The notes below the pieces were generated by a model that was given only the letters and a program-made list of their open reading frames with translations, did no database searches and had not been told where the DNA came from. Of a stretch of 64,000 nucleotides of DNA, positions 25,647 through 39,015 are shown piece after piece; position 1 is the stretch's first letter; each line of letters opens with the position of its first letter. This DNA is from Octopus vulgaris (lineage: Eukaryota). The stretch lies in NCBI GenBank assembly GCA_951406725.2, contig OX597819.1, positions 90,396,001-90,460,000 of the forward strand, in the 5' to 3' direction. The translations under genes and the position numbers were made by a program.

Positions 25647-26364
25647 ATGGGTATCAAGGCTTTACAAGAATTTCTGGAAACACATTGCTCAAGCGCATGT
25701 GTTTCGGTGGATTTACTGAAGATATCACGTGGATTTGTACCGAAACGACGTTATAAATTCAACGATTCTGGTCACTTTTATTTGGTGGTGGATGCTGAAA
25801 GTTGCTTGGATCGTCTTTACGGTGGTTACTTCTCTGACTGGGTATGCGGTGGTCAATGGAACCGCATGATGTATTTTCTTACAAGTCTTGTTCAGGCTTG
25901 CCACAGTGCCAACATGGAGCTGGTTGTTTTCTTCAACGGTGCTCTTGAAAGTCAAAGTTTAAATGAATGGTCAGCTGAACAACAGAATCAAAGGAAAAAA
26001 GCAAATCTAGTCACCAAGCACGTGAACAACAAAGGTACACCGCCGCCAAAGGTATGGTGGACCCCACCCGTTTTTTTACGAAGTGCCCTTCGGATGGCCC
26101 TTCGTCAATTAAATGTATCTGTCGCGTGTTCTATGGACGATCATCACCAAGAAGTAATCGGATACTGCCGAGAACATGGATTGCAAGGAATCATTGCCCA
26201 GGATTCCGTGTATGCTATATTTGACCCACCTCGCTATTTCTCTTCGAATAACTTGAAACTTACCTATAAAGGTTCTTTAGAAACTAAGGAATACATTATG
26301 GACGACATAGCCAAGTGTCTTAATCTTCATCCTAGTCGATTCTGTCTGTTCGCAGCACTTCTTG
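25647..26364 (+). CDS. FAM120A: FAM120A-family protein, coding exon 1 (PIN/FEN-like N-terminal domain)
   Basis: MGIKALQEFLE...LVVDAESCLDRLYGGYFSDWVCGGQW...FFNGALE...KGTPPPKVWW...DDHHQEVIGYCRE...FAALLG matches the FAM120 N-terminus; donor CTTG|GTAATT, phase 1. Confidence 0.93.
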
Positions 26365-29300
26365 GTAATTATTTACTTATCTATGTCATTTTACCCCCAA
26401 ATAATTCTATTTGTAACGTGTGTTTTTCATATAAATCGTAATTTCTTTATGTCTAAAGTTTTAAAATTTAACTTTGAAAACATCATTTACAATTTTATAC
26501 TTTTTCATTAATCGACTCAACTTGTAATTTATATATACAACTTAACATAAATATTCATTAGTAATATCCATTAAATATATCATTCCTATTTCTCCACGTA
26601 ATATTTAACTGAGTCAATTTAATATATATTTTGTGTATTTCATAAGGAATTGACCAATATTTTTTATAACTTTTAAGTGAAAAAGAATTTATTTGCTGAC
26701 TTTTCTTTTAAAAAGTTTTAGTAACAAGAAGGATGCATAGCTTTTTTCTCAGATTTTCGAGCCGACCGTATATGTGGCTAAATATTCAAATATTGACGCA
26801 GTTTGTCGGCAAAGTAACCCACCTTGTAAAATGAAAATGTAAAACAATTCACTCGTTGAACGGTTAACAAGTAAAAATACCAACACACTATTTACTACTT
26901 AAAAGGAGAATTTCATTTTATTTTTACTCCGCTTTTTTAATAATCCCAAGGGAAGATGAATCCAGAAGAAATCAATATACAAAGATGCATGATAGGAAAA
27001 TTATTAATTTAAACTTGCTAATTCATAAAATTACGAAGTATTTACGAATTTCTCTGAAAAATGTCCTTTCCGTTTCTTCAGCAGAGTTGTCGTCTCTTGT
27101 TTTCCCCTCATTATTCTCTACATTGTTAAAGAATTTTTTTTCGTGTACATTTTCTTGTTTGTGTTATGCATATACGCACACACACATATGCTTAGAGCAC
27201 ATATTTAGTATGTACATGAATATATTCATAATCTAAATAGTATCAATCTGCGTGAAAGAGTTCTGACGAATTTAAAATATAGAACATTTTCTAGGCTTGT
27301 AAGATGGTGGATTAGTAGATTAAGATAAGGCTCCTTACTAAACCATACATTTTGTGACTTTATTTTATATATATAATTATAAATTATATAGTGAGCCGCT
27401 ACTTGTAGTGTGACTATGTTCTCTTAGATACAAATTGTTTATGTTAAAATACCGGTTACATTTCAGGATCAGCCGATTATTAAAGCTGTTTGGTTTGAAT
27501 TACATGATATATTTTGGGTTAAGATATTTTAACATGATTCTTGGGAATAAGGAATTAACTTTTATCTTGTAAGAAAACGTTAGTTGTCAATGTGTGTATG
27601 CGTCTGCATTTTATATTATACATATTATACATATTTTGAAAAGGTGAAGTCTTAAGTTCAGTAGTGGTTATTCTATTTTATTTAGAATCAATGAATTGAA
27701 TTAAAATTTGTTAAAAATATTTTTAGTGTTATGGTTTTAAGTACAATTTTGGATATTCCACCCCCCCCTCTCTAGTCCAATTCTATAAAGATTTTGCCCA
27801 TGGAAATATTTGGAAGGGAAAAAAATTCTTCAACAGTAAACTGCTCATGTATTTGGTTAATATCTATTTCATTCTTTGAACGGAATCCTTTGTATAAAAC
27901 CATTTGTTGAAAATTATGTCCGTTTCTACTCGTATTTCTTTAGGTAAATTTGAGAATATGTGCATAACATGTTTACCCGTCATTGCCTCTCTTGCATCGA
28001 TAGCCACCACTCCTTTTCTAAGTGTAAACACAAACTTTTCGAATTGTTTAACATTTTACGTAGTTCTCTTGTAGCTTTACTTAGGTATAGAGTGATGGTT
28101 ACAATTCAGACGAGTAATCGGGTTAGACTGAGTTTTTCGAATAAGATTGAAATGAGATATGCAGAAGAAATTTATTGGTAAATTGCCCTGTGTGTGTGTG
28201 TTTGTTGGTAGCTTTCCTTTATTTATCTCTATGGAATGTAATATTTTTGTTTTTATTTTGCTAACTATTAAACTACAGTCGCAGCTGGGTGGGTTGTGTT
28301 TAAGGTTTGGCCGACATTTGCGTTTTAGTTATCTTCATGACCACATTTAACTCTCGCCAGACGAGTTCAGCTCGCCATAAATTGGTACTTTGGAATGTAA
28401 CTATTGAAATATTCGAACTTAATTGAACTCGGATGGACGAAACCTGTTAATGGACTGGTGCCCTATCCAGGGGGAGACTAGTCTCAACCACTTGGTGCCA
28501 TGAAACAGGGAAATGCTCCAGTAATGGCGATAGAGAAAATTAATTTTTTTTTTTTTTTCTTAGTAAAAACTCTGCTTAACACCAAATCGAATACATTCTT
28601 GTGCTAACTCTAAACGGGTTATAACTCCTTGTTAAAATGAAACTAATTGCCGGTGCTAATTGTATTATGTTCGACGCCTTAAATTCTTACTGAGCCGATG
28701 AATGAAAATAACTACCCAGATACAATAGAAACATGTCCTCGCTATTACTGACAGGCGATGAAAGACCGGCTGAATTAGATAGTTTTTCCATGTGTTCATT
28801 GGTTGTCAGTTAAGCACTCATAATTTGCTGAAAATTTTCGTCTTCGTTCTATTTCTTCAAAGAATCAATTCGTTACTTAATGCAATAACATTCCTTGCAT
28901 GTTTATATGGATCTATATATGAGGGGGAGGAGTAAAGATACTACAAAATCACAGCTATTAATACCTATTGGTTAAGTCCTATTTATAAGCTTGAATAATT
29001 GCCGAGATAACGTAACGTTTGATTAAGTTAGCAACTACAGTTAGCTTCGAGTTTTTTTTTTTTTCTTCTATTTATGTGCGTGTTTTATTTCTTTATTTTT
29101 ATTTTTTTCTCACAGATTTAAATCTGCCCTGTTGCACATGACAGAAGTATATCGTACAATACATTGTTTTTAACTATTGTAAGAGGTTCTGATCTAATGA
29201 ATTCAACAACGGAAATAGTTTCGAAGGTGTTGTTGTCTTACTCATGACGTAATATCCAACGCCATTTAATAAAACTGGATAGAAACAACTGGTTTTAGAA

Positions 29301-31009
29301 TTGTATTGCTGAAAGCTGCTCCGGCGTTTTGGTATTCTTTATACACAGCATAACAATTACATAACTTATTTCCTTCCAGAAAGATTTTACTCCAGTATCT
29401 CGAGAAAATACATTTCATATTTCAATTCGCTTAAAAGTACAATTTAATATTTTCATAATTTTCAAAAGTTAAGCTCTAAAAAGAAATCTCCCTAAAGTTG
29501 GGAGATATTATAGGATAAGAAAAAATAATGTTCCCTTTAGAATATAAACATCTACAGTTTTCGTGGGAGTTCTTTTAACATAAATCTTCTTAATTACAAC
29601 GTTATAACAAGTTTGATGCTTTCTGTTTAAGTAGTTAAAGTGAAATTATATAATTTATTTGATAACCATGTATATTTACATCATATTCGTTAACTTAAAT
29701 AATTAACAAGATTATGCTATATTTTATTTCGAATTGACTGGAACTTTCGTCTAACAGCTTACTCAACCACTTCACTAGACCTTTAAGTCTCAGCCCTCAC
29801 AATTTATAATATATTTAACTACACTCAGCATTTGAGTCACCCAACAGTAAATATTCCGTTAATTTTGAACGGTTTTGAAAATAACTACATTTTAACATGC
29901 AATATACAGTGTTTATATAATATATATAAATAATCACGTTTACTTGTTTCTCGAAATAAGGTTATCTTGATTGCCCCATTCAAAATATTGTGCACATGGT
30001 CTATTTCCTATATGAAGATAGTTGCACCGGGATATTTTGATTTTATATAATATATATATAAACTGAAAAGACTTGCAAGAAAGAGCCACATGCGCTTAAT
30101 GTATATTTCTCTTTCTGCATGTTTATATGTGACAGTCCTTCGGTATTAGTAGACGACTTAATTCACCCACATAACGTCCCTCGTGACAAAGAGGCTAGGC
30201 TGAAAAAGGTCTATAATGGCGTCTCCTCACCATCTCTCTAGAGACACATACAGAAGGATCGCCTATATATATATAAAAGCAGCTGCAACCTAGATGCTTC
30301 TCACCACGCCTGGAATCTCTGTCCTCAATTCCATAGTCTTTGCCATAATATCAATGTATAGTATATGGAAGACCCCATAAGTATAACATCTGATATGACC
30401 TATTCAGCACAATAGCAGTGGACATCAAAGCTTACTCTTGCTTTGAATAAGGTTTGCTAGAAAGTGCTCAAAAACTTCCTCCTTGGTACTTTGTTCACAA
30501 CATGATCTGTTTAAGCCTCCTACCATCAAGCTCATTCATCATAGTTCAGGTGTTATCTCCATGGAGAATGCTCTCTACACATGCTCTGAAAAAGGTCTGC
30601 TTTGTTGGCTCTGAAATACTTGGTTGCCAGAGCATGTTACAGTTTCTTTGGGCTTGTCTCTTACATACCAAGAAGCCTTTCTTTCTGTCACCAACCTAGT
30701 AACCTAAAAGGAAAGTAGTTACTTCTGTGAATTGCATTAATTTGACATGTGGTGTTCATCCTAGGTCATGAGAAACGGGCTGGTCTTGGCTAAGGCATAC
30801 TATAAGTATGTTAAGAAGAGCTGTGAGAAGATCACCAGTATAGTCAAGGTCAGAGATATATAGGCTCTGTTGGTGTCTTGATTACTTCTGCTTGGTGATG
30901 ATTTTGTCTTACAATGGAGTCAAAACTTTTTCTATTCCTAAGGATGGGAGTCAGTTTAACATGGTCATAAAGTTGCTTGGCTGTCTCCCTGAAGGATCCT
31001 TGATGTTGT

Positions 31010-31365
31010 CGGAAACTCATGTACATGCAAGTGAGATGTGGCCTATGAAGAGGGTAGAATATCGATCGGTTATGATGCAAAGGGCCATGGAAACATCCTT
31101 GCTAGGAATGTCATTGTGAGAGCATATCTAAAATGAGGTAATTTGTGAACAATGTGATCACAGAATGCCGAAAAGCACAAATTCTGCTGAGCCAGACATG
31201 TCGCAAGGTTCCCAGATGATTGTTGGACTTATGCAGTTCTTGAGTGATATCCAAGAGATTGGAAAAGGCCACTCAGAAGGCTTCCATGACAGTGGGAAGG
31301 CAATTCAGTTAGACCAAGATGGAAAAGAAGGGTGCAATCAAGAACGAATTGGAAGCGCATTGTGA
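31010..31365 (+). mobile_element. RTE-1-like LINE 3' fragment
   Basis: QRAMETSLLGMSL; HVARFPDDCWTYAVLE*YPRDWKRPLRR. Confidence 0.65.
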
Positions 31366-31461
31366 CTAGTGGTATATAACATCTGATAGTTTCTTAAGTA
31401 ACAGTGGTAAATATACACATATGCACACACAAAGAAAACAAGTTAATGGTATTTTAAAATA

Positions 31462-31694
31462 AAAAGGCAGCGAGCTGGCAGAAACGTTAGCACGCCAGGC
31501 AAAATGCTTACTGGTATTTCGTCTGCTGCTACGTTCTGAGTTCAAATTTCTCCGAGGTTGACTTTGCCTTTCATCCTTTCGGGGTCGATAAATTAAGTAC
31601 CAGTTACGCTCTGGGGTCAATGTAATCGACTTAATACATTTGTCTGTCCTTGTGTGTGTCCCCTCTATGTTTAGCCCCTTGTGGGTAATAAAGA
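31462..31694 (+). mobile_element. tRNA-derived SINE, young copy (intron 1)
   Basis: Same family as 5679-5911; 14-bp TSD GGTATTTTAAAATA. Confidence 0.9.
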
Positions 31695-32642
31695 GGTATT
31701 TTAAAATATTTCACTACATATATTTCTGAAATCAATAATCATTCAAATTGATCACATTAGTTAGAAGATATTGAAATATATATAATCCATTGTAATATTC
31801 TCCATATATATGGCAAAAGAATCATGTTTTGACTATATGTGGCCCTTGTTGCTACATTATTTTCCACATCTGCATTGTATGAGACTGGGAGTTTAAACAT
31901 AGGTTACACATTCAGTGCATCAATAAGTGTATGTGTGCATGTATATATAATCAAAACTTGACAGTCTACTTACTCAGCAGATTATGACTTCCGTGATCAG
32001 CCAAGGCTGAAACACAGAACAAATTTTATGATTGTTATTATGGAGCTTTCTCTTACACCCAGTGTATTAAGTTCTATATGGGTTAATGTTTGTGCTATGT
32101 AAAATATTTAGTTGTATATGTTTTCAAACATATATATACACACACACACATACACTCCTGTATGTTAAGCCTCACAAGAGTACAGAGACTGAATTGAATG
32201 GTGGTATGTTGCACTAGAAAACCTGGCTAATTCTGCAAAAATGAAGTCCTGTTAAGCCTTCTCACATAACTCATCTACTGTAAATTAAATGATAGTTTGT
32301 CCTATATTTGCCATTGTATCCCTACTATTTCATTCACCCCAAGTTGATATTCACTGTCATCAACCTCAATCCCCTATCTTTAATCATGTTACACTATTTT
32401 CACACTCTTGCAAATTTACCCACTCTCCAGGTTCCCTATCTCTATTTGCTTTCATTTTTCAAGTAAGGAATTTTTTTTTAGTTTTTCTGTATTGCTGAAC
32501 AACTTTTGGTGTCTGGAGGTATCATCACCACTTAGCTCAAGTGGTGACAAGTATACAATATCAGTATTCATGCACATTGGTTCACACACACATGTATGCA
32601 TCATAGGTTTCTTGCAGTTTCCATCTGCAAAATTTTCAATGT

Positions 32643-32684
<42 letters not shown>

Positions 32685-34358
32685 TTTGGATTTTGCAGAT
32701 TGTGGTTATTAGTTTGGTAGCTTCCAACATGTAGTTGGCCATTGGTGTACACTGTAAGAATACTAATAAATATCCCCATTATATTTTCCAATTACAAGAT
32801 TAGATAAAATGATCATAACTGTTTGATGCTATTATTTTGCAAGCCTTGTCTTTTTAGTAACATTAGCCAACCATAAGGTGAAGAAATAGAATAAATGAAG
32901 ATGGCTGGACAATGACAGTTCAATACATGCTACAAATGTTTCAGTAGCATGGTCATTTATTAGCAGTGGGTGTATTACATAAGCCAAGATCACAAGCCAT
33001 TTCACTAAGCATTCTAAACTATTTTTGGAGAAAAAGTCAGCACTCCATATTCTGTTGATGGTTCAAAATGCTTGATCAATTGGCTGGTGTGATGATTTTG
33101 GCTAAAGTAGTACACCTAATGCAAACAAATTAACCTGCTATTGAAACATTTGTAGTATGTGTTGAATTGTCCTTGCCCAATTCATCTTCATTTATTATGT
33201 TTATGAAAAAAGATTAAATTAATAATTACATTAATAAAATATTTTGAACAATGAGATTGGCAGACCTGATGGAAGTTTGTGTAATCATTTTTCAGTTTTC
33301 AACTTTGTGAGTATACATGTATACATAGCTTATCAATGGGCATAAGATATACAGACGAGGGGAAATATGAACTTGCCCCTCACACACATACATTGTGTTA
33401 ATCATTTTGGAATGTCCACACTTCTATGTTTGCATGGGTCAGGCAGATTTTGTCAAAGCAGACTTTCTATCACTGGATGGTCTTTCTGCCACCAACCTAT
33501 ACTTGTTTTCAAGCAAAGTCATAATCTTCTATTCTGTCAAGCAATGAACAGCCTGGACATAGTTGCTAGCATCTTCTGTTTATAAAGGTTGCACAACATT
33601 GACATGTCAAGAAGCCCCAATGTGCTTTCGTGGTGGATTGAGTATATGATACCTGATGTTTTAAGTCACCAAAACATGGGGATGGGGAGATATGAAGTCA
33701 TTTGCACAAACACACACACAGATGGTGGCACATATTGTTATGATCACCATTTTAGCATTTGTTTCTCCATGCTTGCATAAGTGAGATGGAATTTGTCAGG
33801 ACAGGTTTTCCATACCCAGATGCCCTTCCTGATATCTATCCTTGTTTCCAAGCAAGTTGATACCTCCCCTTGACTGGATATGTTTTCACAGAAGACTGAA
33901 AATGAATGACACCACTTGTTTGATGGTGACACAGGGCACATACACACATGACAGACTTCTTTCAGTTTCTGTCTACCATATCTATTCACAAACCTTTCGT
34001 CAATCCAGAGCTGCAGTAGACATTTTCTCAAGGTGCCACGCTTGGAAGCAAAATTCTGAACCACACAACTCTGACAGTGCCTGTATGTATACACACACAC
34101 ACACACACACAAGCTTCAGTTTCTTTCTACCAATTACACTCACATAGTATTGGTCAACCTTCAGCTTTAGAATTTAGAACATTAGCCAACAGCATTCAAC
34201 ATAGTCAGGCTGGATCCCTAATCAAGTGATTCCAAACTGAGCTTAACCACACAGCCATACCTGCATCTGTACATATATGCATATACAGAGGGCTTCTTTC
34301 ACTTTTCATCTACCAAATCCACTCACAAGGCTTTAAGACTTCTGCCCAAGGTATCATT

Positions 34359-34402
<44 letters not shown>

Positions 34403-35288
34403 CACATATGTATTTGTAGAAAGACTTTCTTAAAAGTTATTGACTGTTTAAAAAAGATCTTAGAAAAAACAGGACACAAACTTTTTGGAATTAAGTTTTC
34501 ATATTGTGTTTGCACACTTTTTCTTCAATTTTTCAGACATATGTATTATGAGATAATCCTGTGTGCATGTATCATGTTTATTTGTGTATATGATGTGCTT
34601 TAATTTTTAAATGTATAAAAAAGAAGTTGCTCTGCTTCTAATGTAATCATGTTGCAAATGGCAGACTGAGTGCCATAGGCTAGGAGGCTGGATGGGCATA
34701 AGTTTGCTTGGCATAACTGTTACTAATAATAAAATACTGAAATCAAGCCAAATCATCACTGACTGTTAGCATAAACTTCAGAAAAATTTCTTTAATTACG
34801 TCAGCAGTTATGTGAAGAGGTCACATGATCTCAGCCCCTTCCCCATCATGCATAACCCACACCTGACACATGTCTTACATTATTTAATGACTGTGTTACT
34901 TTTACAAAACATTTATTATCTAAATGAAAACTTCTAGAAAGATGAAAGAAACTTTCATCTGCTATTTTCTAAGAGTGGATTACAACAAAACCTGAGCAGT
35001 AGTGTGCTACCCTTGTTTGATCATGGTAACAAGAAACATCACACTGCTTGATCAAAATATAAACATTTGGTCTAAAAGATCAAGTTGAGATACAATACCC
35101 ATAACATTGTTTATGACAAATGTAGTTTCATACTTCACTCCAGTATATTGTCTCAACATCATATTTACATGTACAAAACCATACATAGCCATTATATAAA
35201 CCACTTTAAAATAGCTTTCCCTAAGTGTATGTTAAACTGTACTCAATTTCTTTATTAGTGATGAAAGTTGTACGAGTTTAAATTATTA

Positions 35289-35533
35289 GTATATCATACT
35301 TAAAGCATATATATTATTGAACGCCTTCTAAACTGAAGTATTCATCTTGAGAAAGTATCTCTTATAGATGTATAGTGTTAAAAAACACAGAAATATATCA
35401 GCTGGGCAGTCTTTGTCTGCTGTCGATATATTTCTATCTCTTAACACTATACATCTATAAGGGATACTTTCTCAAGATGAATACAGCCGTTTAGAAGTCT
35501 TTCTACAGTATATGTACTTTAAATATGATATAC
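35289..35533. repeat. Long imperfect palindrome (foldback)
   Basis: GTATTCATCTTGAGAAAGTATCTCTTATAGATGTATAGTGTTAA pairs with TTAACACTATACATCTATAAGGGATACTTTCTCAAGATGAATAC; arms extend about 110 bp. Confidence 0.9.
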
Positions 35534-35642
35534 AGATCATTAATAGTCAATTTGTTTTACAGCAAAATATCCTTGTAAAATAGGGTTTTTTACGCAAGAG
35601 TGCATCCTGTATGCATACAAATACTGTATGTGTGTCTCTGTA

Positions 35643-36255
35643 CAGGGTGTTTGTCAGCTTGCACAAAAGGAAAAGAAAACACAATATCCCATCCAAAAAT
35701 AAAAGTATTTTTTAAAAGAATCAAAAACTATCAACTAAATTATGGCTGAGAGACAACAATTTACTCAAAATTGTCACCCTCAGCTTCCACCACAACTTCA
35801 AGACAGCTCCAGAACCTGGTGCATGCGTTCCTTACTCTGTCACTGAGGAGATCTTCAAAAACTCCTTGGTCTTGCAGGCAGAGTGGTTGGTGTGTTTCTG
35901 AACCACACCCCATGCATCATAATCAATGGGATTACAATTTAGGGAAATAGGAGACCTGAAATTGGGGCTGGTGAAGTTATAGAAATTCTTCGACAGCCTG
36001 CTGTGTCCCTCTCTGTTGGCCATGACTTCATAATCTATGTCACATCTTAAAGCTATTAGTCTTCACAGAGTGTTGGTGTCAGTATTTTGATACCTGGTGT
36101 GATTCATCATGATACGAGTAACTCTTTTCCAATATTTTGTTGTCAGCTAGCTTTAATTCAACTACCATTTTAATCTTCATACTCTCCAAAGCTGTTCAAG
36201 CTGTTCCTGTAAAAAGAGACAAAAAAAAAAAATCAAATTTAGTCCAAACACCCTG
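35643..36255 (-). mobile_element. Deleted Tc1/mariner (maT/DD37D-like) element
   Basis: TA-flanked TIRs CAGGGTGTTTG / CAAACACCCTG; SPISLNCNPIDYDAWGVV resembles the SPDxNPLDYxVW motif. Confidence 0.75.
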
Positions 36256-36701
36256 TATGTGTGTGTATGTATATATATATATAAAAACAGACATACTTAT
36301 ACATATATAGATGTACATGTGTGTGAATATACAATTGACACTCTCCCTATCCTATCTTCATTTACTCACCTCATGTTGAGGGTCCACCCGGATGCCTCAT
36401 CACTGCTATTTTTATCTCTTTCTTGATCACCCCATCTCTCTCTTCTAAAATGTGAATAGCCATGTAGCCCCCATCAAAAAATCTTTGACTTCAACCCTTC
36501 ATCTCCCAGTATAAAGCCACTTCTCTTGGGGTTCATTGTCTTGCAATCTGCATGGCAAACTTAGTGCTGGTGACCTGGAAAAGGCATGCAGTACTCACTG
36601 TAAATTGGTTGGCATTAGGAACAGCATCCACCCGTAGAAGCTATGCCAAAGTAGACAGTGTAGCATGATGCAGTCCTTGAACTTATTGGATACTGTCAAC
36701 C

Positions 36702-36736
<35 letters not shown>

Positions 36737-36737
<1 letters not shown>

Positions 36738-39015
36738 ATCATCATTGTTGTTTAACGTCTGCTTTCCATGCTGGCATGTGTTGGACAGTTTGACTGAGGG
36801 CTGGAGAACCAGAAGGCTGCACCAGGCTCCAGTCCGATCTGGCAGTGTTTCTACAGCTAGAAGCCCTTTCTAATGCCAACCACTCCAAGAGTGTAGTGGG
36901 TGTTTTTTACGTGCCACCAGCATGAGAGCCAGTTAGGCAGTACTGGTGTCGGCCATGCTTGAATGGTGCTTTTTACTTGCCGCCAGCACGGGTGCCAGTT
37001 AGGAGGTACTGTCGTCAGCCATGAGGACGACTTCACTTGCCTCAACAGGTCTTTGTAAGTGCATATATTGCCCAATGATTAAAGGGTACTCTTAAATGGG
37101 CTGGTTATGCTACACTTGTATAGGTCACAGTTATGGTCTCACTTGGCTTGCCGGGTCTTCTCAGGCAGAGCATATCTCCAAAGGTCTCAGTCACTTGTCA
37201 TCGCCTCGGTGGGGCCCAACATTCGAAGATTGTGCTTCAACACCTCATCCCAGGTCTTCCTAGACCTATCTCTTATACAGGTTCCTTCTACTGCTAGGGT
37301 GTGACACTTTTTCATACAGCTGTCCTCATCCATATGCAACACATGGCCATACCAGTGCAGTCATCTCTATTGCTTCTCACATCTGATGCTTCTTATGTCC
37401 AACTTTTCTCTCAGGGTACTTACACTCAATTATATATGCACACTGACATTACACATCCAGCAGAGCATACTAGCTTCATTCCTTGCAAGCTTACGCTTGT
37501 CCTCAGTTGTCATGGTCCATGTTTCACTGCCATGTAGCATGGCAGTTTGTACACATGCGCCTTACAGTCTACCTTTTACTCTGAGCAAGAGGCCCTTTAT
37601 CACCAGCAGAGGTAGGAGCTCTCTGAACTTTGCTCAGGCTATTCTTATTCTAGCAGCTATGCTCTCAAAGCAACCACTCCTGCTACTGACTTGGTCACCT
37701 AAGTAATGGAAGCTGTCAACAGCTTGTAGTTTTTACCCCTGAAATGTGACAGGTGGTGTTTTCTGCACATTTTCTGTTTATTTCCCCTGAGCATTTGCTA
37801 CACACAAAAGCTATCTTCCCAGTTAGCTTTCCTTTGATATTGCTGCACTTCTTATGTGTCCATAGCTTACACTAGGTACATCTTATGGAGTTTCTACCTA
37901 CACCTTTTCTACAGGTTGAGCAGGGTCATCTACCTGAAGGGATTTGTGGTTTGTCTGCCTTCCTATTATTAAGACTTTGGTTTTTGCTAGATTGACTCTG
38001 AGGCTCTTCGATTCTAAACCTTGCTTCCACATCTGAAACTTCTCTTCTAGTTCTGATATTGACTTAGCTATTAGAGCAAGGTCATCAGCATAGAGATGCT
38101 CCCAGGAGTATCCTGTCTTGAATTCTTCTGTTATTGCCTGGAGGACTATGCTGAATAAGAGGGGGCTGAGGACAAATCCTTGGTGAACCCCTGCCCCTAC
38201 TCAGAATTCTTCACTCTACTCGTTGCCAACCCTCACCTTACTGACAACATCCCTGTACATGGCTTGTACAGCTCTCACTAACCACTCAACTATCCCTAGT
38301 TTCTGCATTGGCCACCAGATAAGGGATTGGAGAACCCTGTCAAAGGTTTTCTCCATGTAAACGAAAGCCAGGTACAGAGGTTGATCTTTGGCTATGTATT
38401 TCTCCTTCAGCTATCGTACCAGAAATATAGCATCAGTGGTGCTTTTTCTTGGCACAACCCAAACTGCATCTTGTCTAGACTGGCTCTCTCCCTGATTAGT
38501 TGGGCTATGGACCCTCTTCATGTCTTTCATTACCTGATCCAACAACTTGATACTTCTAATTATTCGTATCTAGTGCATCACCTTTACCTTTGTAGCAGTT
38601 GACTATGGTACTGCTACACCAGTCATTGGGTATAACTCCTTCATATACAGGTGACTAGACTATAGCTGACACCTCCAGATAGTTTAAGCATCTCTGCGGT
38701 GATTCCTGATGGGCCTGGGGCTTTCCCTGTCTTCATACCCTTAATTGCTTTATCTACCAAAGTACTGTCAATTCAGGTAGCTAGGTGGTCCCTCTGTGGG
38801 GTCGACCTTCAGTAGACTTGTCTTTCTCCTATTCATTCTTTTCATTTAGCAACCTTTCATAGTGGTGTCTGCAATTGAGCCGTCATCCATGCAGACACAT
38901 TTCTATCCAATGACATCATGATTCTCTCTCACACAGTCATGCAATATGAAACGGTCTTTGATCCTCACGATGCAGAGCATTGGCAAATAGTTTCTTATCT
39001 GCTTCTCATCTAGCT
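36737..39015 (-). mobile_element. 5'-truncated RTE-clade LINE, antisense in intron 1
   Basis: Same family as 15278-17985; YADDLALIA, GVHQGFVLSPLLF, (GAT)n tail at the low end. Confidence 0.9.

Noticed and set aside
26365-26441. ORF extension of exon 1 to the stop at 26441
   Set aside because: Homology continues at 48428 (GNHIL) after the GT donor at 26365, so the extension is intronic read-through.
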